A DNA stretch of 64,000 bases from Sedimentisphaerales bacterium (GCA_963663965.2 CAXXFK010000038.1:32001-96000); one strand, 5' to 3'. Counted from the stretch's first letter, positions 12,215 through 23,015 are shown. A program made the numbers and translations. Notes: generated by a model not told the origin, from the sequence alone.

Positions 12215-12396
12215 ATATTACTCATCTGTTCAAGAAAATACTGAAAAAATATCCGATATTTCAGCTATAATTAACTAATATCTGGCCATCTGTATCCTGG
12301 ATAGTTGATAATGCAAAAAGTTTTATAACTATAATTATATCGATTATCCATAGAAAAACAATTAATATTGGCATTTATTCGAAATGGAGAAAATAA

Positions 12397-13187
12397 TTGC
12401 CGGAACTATTGGAACAAAGAAAGAATATCTATCGCCAACTTGAAGATAATGAGGTCGTAATCAACACTCTGGAGCGGCAGTTGGCTTCTACTCAGAAACT
12501 GGCTACACTGGGGGACCATGGCATGCATCATGGCCCACGAATTTAATAATATGCTGATGCCGATTATCAACTATGCCGAACTGGCGCTGAAAGAGCAAGA
12601 AGATCGGGAACTGACGCGGAAGGCATTGGAAAAGATAATAAAGAATGGTCAACTGGCCGCGAATATGATCGAGAATCTTCTGGGGTTTTCACGGGATCGT
12701 TCGGAGACACCGGAGAAAGTGTCGTTACTCCATCTGGTTCAGGATTGTTTCCTCTGTCTGGTCCGGGATCTGGAGAAAGATGGCATTCGAGTGCAGGTCG
12801 AGATTTCAGAGGATATGAAGATTTTTGTGATCCGGAACCAGATTCAGCAAGTGTTGTTGAACATGATTATCAATGCCAGGCAAGCCATGCTGGATAAGGG
12901 GGGGGCGTTTGACCATTCGGGGGAGTATCAGTCAGGAACAGGTATGTATCACCATTTCAGATACCGGAAAAGGGATAGAGAAAAAGGATATTGACCGAAT
13001 CTTTGAGCCATTCTTTACCACGAAATCCGGGGAAAACCTTTCGGATGAAGGCGGAACGGGATTAGGTCTCATGGTCTGCCGGAATATTATTCAGGGGCAT
13101 GGGGGGACAATTGAAGTCAGCAGTATGGTTGGGAAAGGAACCTGTTTTACCATACGGCTGCCAAACTATTCAGAATCAGAATCTTAG
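12397..13187 (+). CDS. Cytoplasmic histidine kinase (HisKA + HATPase), frameshifts in G runs at about 12510 and 12900
   Basis: QKLATLG/TMACIMAHEFNN H-box, QQVLLNMIINARQAM N-box, DTGKGI G1, IFEPFFTTK F, GTGLGL G2. Confidence 0.85.
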
Positions 13188-13221
13188 TCGAGGGTAAATC
13201 AGTCATTTAGCCGCCTTAAGA

Positions 13222-14318
13222 TTACTCTTTTGAGAATCTGGAAAGATCCCATTGGTCGAGCCAGGTAATGGATGGTTTGTTCTCTTTGAATTCAACCGGG
13301 AGGAAGACGTATCGACCGTCAATTGGATTTTGAGGGGTCCAGACATCAAAAACAGCGATATAGCAATCTGATTGATAGGGAATGATGTAAGTGGACTGAC
13401 CGCCGAAGGTTTTTTTCGGGGCCGAAATTATTGTGGGGATTGGTACCCTGGCAGGGATTCCCAAGGGGTTTCCACTGGCCGAGCATGGAATCTGAGACGG
13501 CGGAAACGGGCGGCGTTGGGAGCCCAGCCAGTACAGCCGGAGGAGAGCAGGTAGTATTTATTGTTGTGTTTGATTATGGCAGGGGCTTCGTTGGAGTCCC
13601 TCCAGGGAGGGTGCGGATATAGCGGTTGGTAAAAGCCAGATAATCGTCAGTCAGTTCAGAGATATGAAGGGTCTGGTTTTCTTCCGAAGCGTGAATGTGG
13701 TAGGCAGTGCCATCGTCATCGACGAACAGGGTCATATCACGGGCCATCTGGCCTTTTTCGAAGTCGCGGCGAAGGATTTTACAACCGGGATCGGCTTGGA
13801 TTTGTTCCGGAGTCATATTGATGGGCCACTGACCGGCGTTGGGACGAAATGACTTCTGGTATTGATAGGGGCCTGTTATTTTATCGCCGATCGCCAGGCC
13901 GGTGCGGGCGGCATTATAGCCCTGGCCTTTTAATTCGAGATGGAACCACATGACGAATTTATTGGTTTTGGCGTTGTAAATTACTTTGGGGCGTTCGATG
14001 ATGCTGCCCCCTGGTTATCTCGCTGTCAGGATTCGGATCAACGGCGAGGGCGATGCCTTCATCTTTCCAGTTATAAAGGTCGGTGCTGCTGTAGCAGTGG
14101 ACGCCAACCTGGGCAGAATTACCGCGCCGGCCGGCAATTTTATGTTCGCCAAACCAGTACCAGGTGTCATGATATTGGAGGAAGCCACCACCATGGGCGT
14201 TGATATGAATGCCATTGTTATCCGGCCAGTTCTGATCAGGCAGGAAAGAATGACGATTCTGAGCAAATAAATATAATGGAAATATAACAGTTAAGAGGAA
14301 TAAAAGACTTTTTTTCAT
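13222..14318 (-). CDS. Glycoside hydrolase family 43-like protein, several frameshifts
   Basis: INAHGGG..YWFGEHK, CYSSTDLYNWKDEG, MWFHLE, ARDMTLFVDDDGTAY, SEEN, TFGGQSTY, DGRYVFLP across three ORFs. Confidence 0.8.
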
Positions 14319-16113
14319 ATCTATGTTCGATTCTGTCCCCGTTGGCGCTGGTGGTGATAATTTTAACTTCGCTTGGGGCTTTATAGCTGGTTTTGACCGA
14401 ACCATCCGGTTGCCGATCATGTTGAACTTTCAGAGGGCCGTAAGGTGTCGGGAAGGAGCCTTTAACCCATTGGAGGTCGCCGAGATGGGGAGTGATCCGG
14501 ATGGTTTTGCATCCGGGCTGAAGGATCTGGATACCGAGCACATGTTCGGTGAGCCAGGCAGTGGGGCCGGAGGCCCAACCATGGCAAAGACTGTGGCGGA
14601 AGCCGAGGTAGCAGTAATTGCCATAATCGCCGTGGATGTCTATTTTACCGGGGGGGACCAGTTCATCGATGCGGGGCGGCGTTTTCAAGCCATTTCAGAT
14701 CAAAATCTTCCCAGAATGTGGTGGCGCCGACATCCAGCATGCCACCCCAGTATTGCCGGATACAATCGAGGCAACCCTGATAATCACCGGCCAGGGCGCG
14801 GGCTTGAAGGGACGTAATATCCGTAAAAGGTACTCATTCTCTGGGGACCGTCAACGGCCATTACCTGACGATTCATGGTCTGGGGGTCGGCGATATGTGA
14901 TAAGGCCAAAAGGGCGGCGGCCTGTTTGCTGTTATCTGGATCGGGGATCTGTTGACTCAGGCGATCCGCCGATTGTCGGCATAGAGTCGCAGTCGATGAC
15001 TCGCCCATCACTGAACACATTTCTTCGCCCGCCAGGAGAGTCAGCCGTAACAATCCCTGGAGACCGGCATGGAGGACCTGGCCAGGTTTGGCATGGCCGC
15101 GCGAGGGCCAGTCGAGAAAGCGGCCTTCGGGGAGGGTTTCACCGTTGTTTTCGTCGATACAGGTGGTGAGTCGTTTAAGCAGAGGGATCAGATAATCTTT
15201 TTGTTTCTTGAGATATTCGAGATCGCCGGTGTAGTTGTACCATTCGCGGTGGATCAGGATCCACCACATGGAGTAGGAACTGATCCCGTTCATCCATCTG
15301 GGCAGGGGTGTTTCCTCGCGGATCAGATCGAGACTGGCGGGAATGATGTTATTGGCACCGAAGACGGAGAGGATGGTCATGGTTTCGGGGTGCATATCGC
15401 CGATCCAGACCAGGCGATCGCGTTTGATACCATCCCAGAGGTAGTCCTGCATGTTGAGATGGACGGTATAGGCGCCGGTTTGCCAGATCTGGTTGAGGCG
15501 GTTGTCATTGCATTGGAAGGAACCCAGGTATTCGAGCGGGCGGTAGAGGAATACGGCGCGGATGGATTTGAACTCAACAAAGCTGTCTTTGTCAAGCAAG
15601 TCGATACGGACAAAACGAAAGCCAGTATTACCTATTTCGCAGGTACCCAGCCAGGGAACCAGACAGGTCTGGTCACGGACGGCATGGTCATTGGTGGCAT
15701 TTTTTGGTCCTCCGATATCGGACATGGCTTCACTGACCGATTCGCCAAAACGGACTCGGAGCCGGACGGTTTTTCCTTCGGATGGGTTGGTATTTTTGAG
15801 GTTCCAGACCATGATTTGGACGCCGCCGTGGAGTTCTTTGCCGAAATCGAGCAGGATCCCGGTGGGTTGATCGGTGGTCTTGAGGGTACAGGGGGAATGG
15901 GAATCGAGAGTGACCTGGCCGGACCGGGGAATGAGCAGGGAGTCCGGGTTGACTACCTCGCCGGGAGTCTGGGGAGGTCCATACGATTCGAGTGGGCATG
16001 ATATATTCCCGTATACGGGGATCTGATTGTGCGTTGGGGAATATTCCGGAAGCGTTTAAGAAGGATGTGATCAAGGTTAATGGCAGGATCCAATATGTGG
16101 TATTCATTTTCAT
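14236..16113 (-). CDS. Alpha-L-rhamnosidase (GH78-like), several frameshifts; 3' end uncertain
   Basis: RFGESVSEAM, GFRFVRIDL, WDGIKRDRLVWIGDMHPE, FLDWPS, RHSLCHGWASGPT, PTPYG across three ORFs. Confidence 0.85.
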
Positions 16114-16319
16114 GAGCGAATCTCCCAATTCGTGTAATTAAAAATTTAACCTGTTAACGGGCAGAGCCTAATGGAAATTTCATCAATTGTGAAGCGGAAA
16201 CCTGGTTATGATTTATTGGGTTCGATTAAAATAGTTGTTGCGCCAGATCACCGGTTGCGGTCATTCTCCTTTAGAGGCAGGGACGGGGGACATCAATGTA
16301 TTTGTTTAGAATATTGTTA

Positions 16320-16911
16320 TAAGTATCTGCTATAGCTTAGTATACGGCGTTTTTGTTTGGCGTTGGCTTCGTTTCGTTTTGGTCTTTATCCGGTATTCGC
16401 TACGCTCAAGTTGGTTGTCCCAGCCCGCCAAGTCGGATCATAGTCATGGGCGCCCGGTGTTTACCAAACCTGATTTCTGGTTTCATCTTTCGTCATCGGA
16501 GCGAAATCCTGTCGGTACGCCTTTACGAGGCGTGGGTTTAAAAAATACTCGTTTCGGGTTCGTTTGGACCCGCCAATGAATTGGCGGGCTATGCGCTTTT
16601 ATCTCCTCCTGAGGCGGACCTTCGGCCTGCGGGACATTATTTGTATCGGCTTGTGCGGATGATGTTTTGTATTTTTGTTAAGTTATTTTCTATGTTGAGG
16701 TTATGGTCATTATATTCATCATTGGGTTTGTTTCGTTTTATGTTGGTATTCGCTGCGCTCATGGTGGTTTTATCTTTCGCCTCTGGTGCGAAATCCTGCA
16801 GGTACGCCTCTGCGAGGCGTGGCGTGAGAAAAATAAAAAAACAATCGTTGACCGGCGGTCTTACGACCCCGGCTAGAAACGGTCGGCTCCTCCTGAGGCG
16901 GATCTTCGACC
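16320..16911. repeat. Degenerate tandem duplication of a hairpin-rich non-coding unit (about 16320-16627 and 16679-16911)
   Basis: Same ordered blocks in both units: bipartite motif; GGTATTCGCTRCGCTCA; GCGAAATCCTG..GGTACGCCTYTRCGAGGCGTGG; CTCCTCCTGAGGCGGAYCTTCGRCC. Confidence 0.75.
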
Positions 16912-17819
16912 TTCGGGCCTCTTATAATCAGAATGCCAGGTTGTTTAAGTTTGATAATTTCCATTTCATTCGTAACTTATTAACAGCCAAAATATATTGG
17001 CTGGTTTATTCGCAGTACACACCATGTTGCACAAGATGTCAATTACACCCAGGCACCACAGAGCATGCGCAGAGAGGCTCTGCGGGCGTGGCCGGTCGGG
17101 GGCGGGGCACGCCTGGTTCAGGCGGATGGTTTTGAGGGCTATTGGGGCGACTGTGGGATTATAGACCGAGTTATATTTAAAGGCAAATTAAATATTATGT
17201 ATTTGTTTTATATAACATAATAATTGTGGATTTATTTTTTTGTAGCAGATAATATTAGAAAGAAAAATCGGTGGTTTTGTTCTTAATGGTTTATTATTTA
17301 AAGAATTATGTTGATTTTGGGTGTTGTCAACAAAATAATGATCACTGTGTTTTATAAAGCCACAGTTTTGGGGCAATGTTATGAAACATGGGGTAACATC
17401 ATTTTAAGCGAGCACCATCTAATAAAATCATAACAATATGTAAAAAAAGGCTTATGTTTGCTGATAGGACTTTGAAATCATATTCATAGAGTTGCAGTAT
17501 GACGAAACCTGTTTTTTCGAAAGAATAAGCTGTCCAAAAATTGAATAAGGAAGAGTGGAAAATCTGATTGCAATTTGTTGATTTGATTATTAAACTATTT
17601 TTAAGATAAATCATTAGGTATACATAAGAGGTTTTATGGCAAAGAGTTAATTTATCTAAATGAGGAAAATGAAATCGTGGATTCCATGGCAGGTCGTAAT
17701 CTTGATAAACAACAGTATCGGTTTATTCGGATAGATTATTGCTATTTGAGAGATCTTCTACAAACCGGGTTATACATTTCGCGATCAATGTTTATTCCAA
17801 CTCAAGCGGAGAATTTCTA

Positions 17820-18719
17820 ATGGATAGAAACGAAGCGATCAAAGCGACTAGGAACGGGGCCATTGCGGCCTGTATCAGTCTGGCACTAGCTACTATCATT
17901 GTCATTATGACTCGAGTTCTGGGACCAACTGAACATTTTGCAGAATATGCGGATTCAAGTGTCTATTTCGATCTGATTTTGATCGCCATATTCGCTTTCG
18001 GGATGTATCGGAAGTCACGACTTGCGTCAGTACTGATGTTTATATACTTTGCTGCATGCAAGGTGGTTATGTTTGTGGAAAATCAGGCTATCGGAAACAT
18101 TATCGGTGCAGTAATTTTTTTATACTTTTACGCCAAAGCCATTCAGGGAGCCTTTGTTTATCATCGCATTGAGAAAGCAGAGAACCCTGATTATAAGCCT
18201 ACTCCATTATGGTTGAAAGTCACCGGGGGTATTTTTGTTTTGCTGGTTGTTGGAATTCTTGGCATGGGAGCGATGGTTATGACCGGGGCAGTGCCGGAGA
18301 CTTCGGTTCAGTCTGGCGCGGATCTGCGGTCAAAAGATCTTCATGCTTTGATCGAAAACAGGATCATAACTGAAGAGGACACGGTGGAATTTTTTTACTC
18401 ACACGGCTTTTCATCCATACTGGAAGGCGGCAATCTGTTAACCAATGACCGGGTCATCTTGTATCAGACTAATGACGATGATGAAATTGAGGTTTATGAA
18501 CTGTTCTGCGATGAGATAACCGAAGTCAGGCAAACGGTTGAAGGCGATTTTTTCAGAGATAGCGAATATATCGTTAATACGGGAGACTCAGAACGATGGA
18601 TAACGCTCATTCTGTCAGTCGATGAAGAAGGTGATAAGAAATTTGTCGAGGCGATCCAGTCTAAAACAGCGAAAAATACAACACGATTTCCTGAGACAAT
18701 TGAAGATGAAAGTATTTAA
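17820..18719 (+). CDS. Hypothetical multi-pass membrane protein
   Basis: About 5 hydrophobic segments plus a soluble acidic C-terminal domain. GGAGA RBS before the ATG at 17820. Confidence 0.8.
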   Translation: MDRNEAIKATRNGAIAACISLALATIIVIMTRVLGPTEHFAEYADSSVYFDLILIAIFAFGMYRKSRLASVLMFIYFAACKVVMFVENQAIGNIIGAVIFLYFYAKAIQGAFVYHRIEKAENPDYKPTPLWLKVTGGIFVLLVVGILGMGAMVMTGAVPETSVQSGADLRSKDLHALIENRIITEEDTVEFFYSHGFSSILEGGNLLTNDRVILYQTNDDDEIEVYELFCDEITEVRQTVEGDFFRDSEYIVNTGDSERWITLILSVDEEGDKKFVEAIQSKTAKNTTRFPETIEDESI

Positions 18720-19317
18720 TTTCAGCCTTCGTTTGGTAATAATATTTTGTTTAATGATAATGCTATACCCTTTTTTAGGGCTGTACATTCTAAATAAAAT
18801 TGTATTTGTTTTTGTGGGCGTATCAATGATATTTGTATTAATATCGATAGTTCTTATGATTAGTTATACGATATTGGCTGCAAACAAATATGGGAAGCTG
18901 GGCGCTTATAAAATGGTATGTAAAAAATTTGCAGTATTCATCGTTTGCTGGATTCTTCAAATGAATGTTGCGGATGTTATTATGAATTACAAAGCCAGGT
19001 CAGAAATACGATCAGAGCTAAAACGAATGGATGCCAATTTAGTAACAATAAAAATTGATGGGAATGAAATCGAAAATGGCAAAGAAGTGTTTGCAGCACT
19101 GCAAGGCCTGGAGCAAGTATTTCGCTCTCGATCACGTGTTATTAATGAGGTAGAATGCGAAATTGTCTATAACGGTAAAATACTACATTTATTAATAGGT
19201 CAGCAGGATGTGGACAGAAGTCAATATTGGGTTTATTATCCAAAGCATGGTATGACAGGATCTAATGCGATAGGTGGGTTTGATTTTGAAGGCAATATTG
19301 TGTCACAAATAAAATAA
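18706..19317 (+). CDS. Hypothetical membrane protein
   Basis: ATG overlaps the upstream gene end; 3 hydrophobic segments followed by a soluble domain; AT-rich. Confidence 0.7.
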   Translation: MKVFNFSLRLVIIFCLMIMLYPFLGLYILNKIVFVFVGVSMIFVLISIVLMISYTILAANKYGKLGAYKMVCKKFAVFIVCWILQMNVADVIMNYKARSEIRSELKRMDANLVTIKIDGNEIENGKEVFAALQGLEQVFRSRSRVINEVECEIVYNGKILHLLIGQQDVDRSQYWVYYPKHGMTGSNAIGGFDFEGNIVSQIK

Positions 19318-19479
19318 TCAATCCTAATGACTAATGGTCTTACTATGGGAATCTTTCTATCACGGTATGTAACACAGCTAAATAAAGCCAGTTTGATCTT
19401 AATGGTTTATTTGTTAGAGATTTATGTTGAATTAAGGAATTGTCTACAAAATAAATATATAATATAATTGGATGGTACC

Positions 19480-19803
19480 ATGGGATTACCTGTTTATTTC
19501 ATTAAAAAAGAAGTATTCTATGATTTACCTGATGTAATATTTAGAGCCGGTATTGAAATTACAGAAGAAAAACCCTCTGGAATTGAGTTTGAACAAAATC
19601 CGCCGGATGTTTGTTATTATTGCCTGAATAATACACAGCAGATAGTCATTGGTATAATTGCACGATATAATGTTGTAAATGAAGTGTATTTTGTATTTGC
19701 AACTATTATTTTACCTGAATGTAAAATAGTTATTCCTGCGGAGGTTAAAAAAATTTTGAACGAGATTAAATTCATGCTAGAAAGTCTTGAAAAGGTGGGA
19801 TAG
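19480..19803 (+). CDS. Small hypothetical protein
   Basis: About 107-aa AT-rich ORF ending just before spacer block A. Confidence 0.55.
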   Translation: MGLPVYFIKKEVFYDLPDVIFRAGIEITEEKPSGIEFEQNPPDVCYYCLNNTQQIVIGIIARYNVVNEVYFVFATIILPECKIVIPAEVKKILNEIKFMLESLEKVG

Positions 19804-19814
19804 AAAAAATTACA

Positions 19815-20072
19815 GAAAACTGCTTGGGCGGAGCTAAGCCCAGGTGACTGAGTAACAAGGTGGTTTGCGATGGGGGTGGGATAGCTGAAACTACAGAATG
19901 ATATCATGGCACATTTTGTGCCGTAGATGGGCACAGATGAAGAAAAGAGGACAAATTTTACCATGAAGTTCTTGAAGGGCATGAAGGAGGGAAGAAGAGA
20001 TTTGAAATTTGAGACATCCAAATTATATGGCAACCAGATTTCATACGAAGCCGCTGAGATAGTAAAGTCAAT
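19815..20072 (+). repeat. Modular intergenic spacer, copy R1 (blocks A-E)
   Basis: Colinear with 21951-22190: GAAAACYGCTTGGGYGGAG, CAGAATGATAT, CATGAAGTTYTTGAAGGG, GAGATTTGAAATTTGAGA, CGAAGCCG...AAAGTSAAT. Confidence 0.85.
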
Positions 20073-20120
20073 GAATTAATTGTGTGGATGTTGCCGGATA
20101 AAAACAAAGTTAGCGATACC

Positions 20121-21038
20121 ATGGCGAAGTTATTTAATAAAAAATTACGAATCATCACAATAGCTATCATTATGATTATATTTTTGATCTATAACCGTTA
20201 TCAAAGCGCTAAAGTCGAGTTGGTGAATGTATTGAGTCATATGCCCGGTTCCATTTATTATATCAATGGGAAAGTTGACTATTTAGATAAGAATTCCATT
20301 GAATGGGTTTTTAAATGCGATACCGGATGGATTGATGAACCAGACGAGGCATGTATTGAGGATGGATTCTTATATTATGAAGAATCAGGAGATCTCTGCC
20401 AGTTCGAAATTGAAACCAGTGAAATTCGACGCTATTCATTGGGAGCGGCTATCTGTTCCCATGGTTTTTCGGTATCTCCGGATCAAAATATAGTTGCTTA
20501 TGTTAGTTATCAAAACACAGACCTGCAAGGCTGTTATCTTAATATATTCAATATGAAAACCAGTACCAATACCGTATTGTATGATAGTGCACATCTGATT
20601 ACCGCTTTAGTATGGAATTTGTCTGGTGATCATGAGCTATATTTTACAGAAAATGGCACTATCAAAAAGATTAATATCGATCAGTTCGATATAGTAGAAA
20701 AGGTGGTGTCAATATCATCAGAAGATTGCTATTGTTCATTAGCAAATGGGGACGAAATGATTTACTGGTACATCGATTATTATGGAGCTACGCATGTCTA
20801 TCAGAAAAACGTATCCAGTGACGAAGTGAATGAGATATTCAATCTGGATATGCCTGTCGAAGCCATTGATTGGGATAGTAACGCAAGGCATGCTTTATTG
20901 GTAGCGTTAGAGCCAAGTTCAGGATTGATGGGGGTATTCTGTCACGAAAGTTCCGTATATTTTTACGATAGAGAATCCAATAAGAAGTATCGTTTACCAT
21001 CTATCAAAGGATGTTCCGGTTTTGCGTTAATTGATTGA
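20121..21038 (+). CDS. Membrane-anchored TolB-like beta-propeller protein
   Basis: N-terminal TM segment; FSVSPDQNIVAY, LVWNLSGDHELYF and IDWDSNARHALL propeller-type repeats. Confidence 0.7.
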   Translation: MAKLFNKKLRIITIAIIMIIFLIYNRYQSAKVELVNVLSHMPGSIYYINGKVDYLDKNSIEWVFKCDTGWIDEPDEACIEDGFLYYEESGDLCQFEIETSEIRRYSLGAAICSHGFSVSPDQNIVAYVSYQNTDLQGCYLNIFNMKTSTNTVLYDSAHLITALVWNLSGDHELYFTENGTIKKINIDQFDIVEKVVSISSEDCYCSLANGDEMIYWYIDYYGATHVYQKNVSSDEVNEIFNLDMPVEAIDWDSNARHALLVALEPSSGLMGVFCHESSVYFYDRESNKKYRLPSIKGCSGFALID

Positions 21039-21114
21039 ATATAAGTGATTGTCTGTGTAATTGATCTAATATATGTAGGCAGGGAATAGATAGAAATGGG
21101 AGGATGGATTCAGG

Positions 21115-21142
21115 TTGACGGTGAGTGCAGGTAGGGTATAAT
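21115..21142 (+). promoter_or_regulatory. Candidate sigma70-type promoter
   Basis: TTGACG-N16-TATAAT in intergenic DNA upstream of the 21366 lipoprotein gene. Confidence 0.4.
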
Positions 21143-21365
21143 GGGGGAAGTGCTTGTTTGGAACGTTTGATCTGGTTTGAGTGGCTGATTATGGAAAGAG
21201 TATTCGATATGGAGATAATGGCGATTGAAGGGATGTTGACGGATGGGGTGTTCGGGTTTGTAATTACTGTTGATGGTGATGTGAAAAAACTGCATGAGCG
21301 GCTTTGGCTTTTACGTGACAGGTGTTATTGCCAATATTAAAACTGAATCAATTCAGGATTGAAAG

Positions 21366-21746
21366 ATGAACAAGACTATGCTGGTAATATCGTCGATGTT
21401 ATTTGTGTTTTTATCTGGTTGCATGAACTGTGAATGTAATATGGATCGATATATCAATGCCGCTCGAGAACATGAAACAGCTTTCAAAGCATACATCTTT
21501 TACGTTTTGCCTGAAAATGAATGGGCTTTAGAAAAATCATTGTTTTTGGCAAGAAGTAAAATTGAGATGAAGGGGCTATTAGAATTTTTACAGAACACTC
21601 CAAGTGACAGTTACCGAGTGGTTCGTGGTTATCACCCAGATTGTTTAGAGTTAAAGCCGAATACGATATGGGTTGATGGAGAATGGTGGTATTTTGTTGA
21701 TAAAAAGACATATAAAATTATTTATGATTGTCAAGGATTCATTTGA
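21366..21746 (+). CDS. Hypothetical lipoprotein
   Basis: MNKTMLVISSMLFVFLSGC lipobox. Confidence 0.75.
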   Translation: MNKTMLVISSMLFVFLSGCMNCECNMDRYINAAREHETAFKAYIFYVLPENEWALEKSLFLARSKIEMKGLLEFLQNTPSDSYRVVRGYHPDCLELKPNTIWVDGEWWYFVDKKTYKIIYDCQGFI

Positions 21747-21787
21747 ATGTTGAGAGTATCCCGTTATGGGGAGTATGATAATGGTAT

Positions 21788-21838
21788 GGTTAATGTGATG
21801 GCTTGTTATGGAATGTTGGGTGGTGACTGGCTGATGCC
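21788..21838 (+). repeat. Post-gene spacer block F, copy 1
   Basis: 44/51 identical to 23403-23453 (GGTTAAWGTGATGGYTTGTTATGG...TGACTGGCTGATG). Confidence 0.85.
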
Positions 21839-21950
21839 GAGGTGGTTGCGGTGGCGGTAGAGTCGTCAATGTTAAATCACGAAGGGGGCCGGAGGAATAA
21901 TATAAATCAGTTTCACCACAGAGATACAGAGGGCTCAGAGGAAAGGCAGT

Positions 21951-22230
21951 GAAAACCGCTTGGGTGGAGTTCGCCCTGCGTGATTGAAACGGCAGAATGA
22001 TATTAAGGTTTATTTTGAACCGCAGATCCCGATGTGCATCGGGACAGATGGACGCAGATAAAGAAAAGGGGGGAATTTTTAACATGAAGTTTTTGAAGGG
22101 GGGGAAGGGATTTGAGATTTGAAATTTGAGATCTTAGAAAAATATGACAATCGAGTTTCCTGCGAAGCCGTGAAGTTACAAAAGTGAATATCAGAAAACC
22201 ACGTGGGGGGAGTCCAGCCTGCGTGACTGG
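21951..22230 (+). repeat. Modular intergenic spacer, copy R2 (blocks A-E plus a second A)
   Basis: Colinear with 19815-20072. Carries an extra palindrome TCCCGATGTGCATCGGGA. Block A recurs at 22194-22230. Confidence 0.85.
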
Positions 22231-22248
22231 ATGGGAGTCTTGTATAAT

Positions 22249-22608
22249 ATGAATAAAATGAAGATACTGATTATTATGGTTTCTATGTTGATTCAAGCTG
22301 GGTGTGCTTTAAATAGACCGGTTACGATACAGGTTACAAATGAGGCAGGCATGCCCATAGAAAATGTCAGGATATATGCCGATGTTCAGAGAAAAGTTGG
22401 ATTGATATATTCAAAATTATTGATCCATGTCGAAGGCATTACCCAGAAAAATGGGGAAGTGACATTATTAATGCCAAGAGGTAAATATAATGGTTTTATC
22501 TTTGCTACTCACCCCTCTTTTAGTGATCCCAGATATGGACCATTCAATGATGGGTGGTTCAATAATGATTTCGCTGAGTTTTCGGTGAGTCTGGAGGGTG
22601 TGAAATGA
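22249..22608 (+). CDS. Hypothetical lipoprotein (prealbumin/carboxypeptidase-regulatory-like beta sandwich)
   Basis: LIQAGC lipobox; VTIQVTNEAGMPIENVRI...GITQKNGEVTL pattern. Confidence 0.7.
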   Translation: MNKMKILIIMVSMLIQAGCALNRPVTIQVTNEAGMPIENVRIYADVQRKVGLIYSKLLIHVEGITQKNGEVTLLMPRGKYNGFIFATHPSFSDPRYGPFNDGWFNNDFAEFSVSLEGVK

Positions 22609-23015
22609 AAAAGTATGTCTTTATTACACAAAGCTTAATGATCATTATACTTGGAGGGTGTAATATTGGCGGTTATGGATTCAAATTACCGAGTGGTGGC
22701 AATTTTAAGTTATTAGATCAAGAGAGTGGAAAGCCGATAACCGGCGCCATGTTTTATAGCTGGGATTACTTGTATGAGCCCGCTGCGGCCATGCCCCTGG
22801 GAAATTGTGGTCTTATGGTTCCAGCCGTATTTGATTATAGAGATGATAATTATTACAGCATTAAAATGTTCAAAAATACTCCAGGAGTTGTTTATATCAT
22901 GGTCGGGCCTGAGCATATTGAAAAACAGGAGGTCAGCAAAATTGTTCCATTTTACTCATCTGATTTTAAGGATGGAACCTTAGTGATTTATTTGACAAAA
23001 GAGGAACAGGAATAG
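22605..23015 (+). CDS. Hypothetical lipoprotein
   Basis: IILGGC lipobox; ATGA overlap with the upstream gene; LLDQESGKPITGA. Confidence 0.72.
   Translation: MKKYVFITQSLMIIILGGCNIGGYGFKLPSGGNFKLLDQESGKPITGAMFYSWDYLYEPAAAMPLGNCGLMVPAVFDYRDDNYYSIKMFKNTPGVVYIMVGPEHIEKQEVSKIVPFYSSDFKDGTLVIYLTKEEQE

Noticed and set aside
3013..12905. Programmed frameshifting or phase variation at homopolymers
   Set aside because: Too many unrelated housekeeping genes are affected and many runs are short; sequencing error is the simpler explanation.
16353..17135. ORFs 16353-16541, 16379-16579, 16581-17135 and 16770-16964 as genes
   Set aside because: They overlie palindromic repeat blocks, have non-ATG starts and atypical composition, and show no recognisable motif.
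19815..22230. Spacer pair as a diversity-generating retroelement TR/VR
   Set aside because: The differences are not adenine-specific, both copies are non-coding, and no reverse transcriptase is present.
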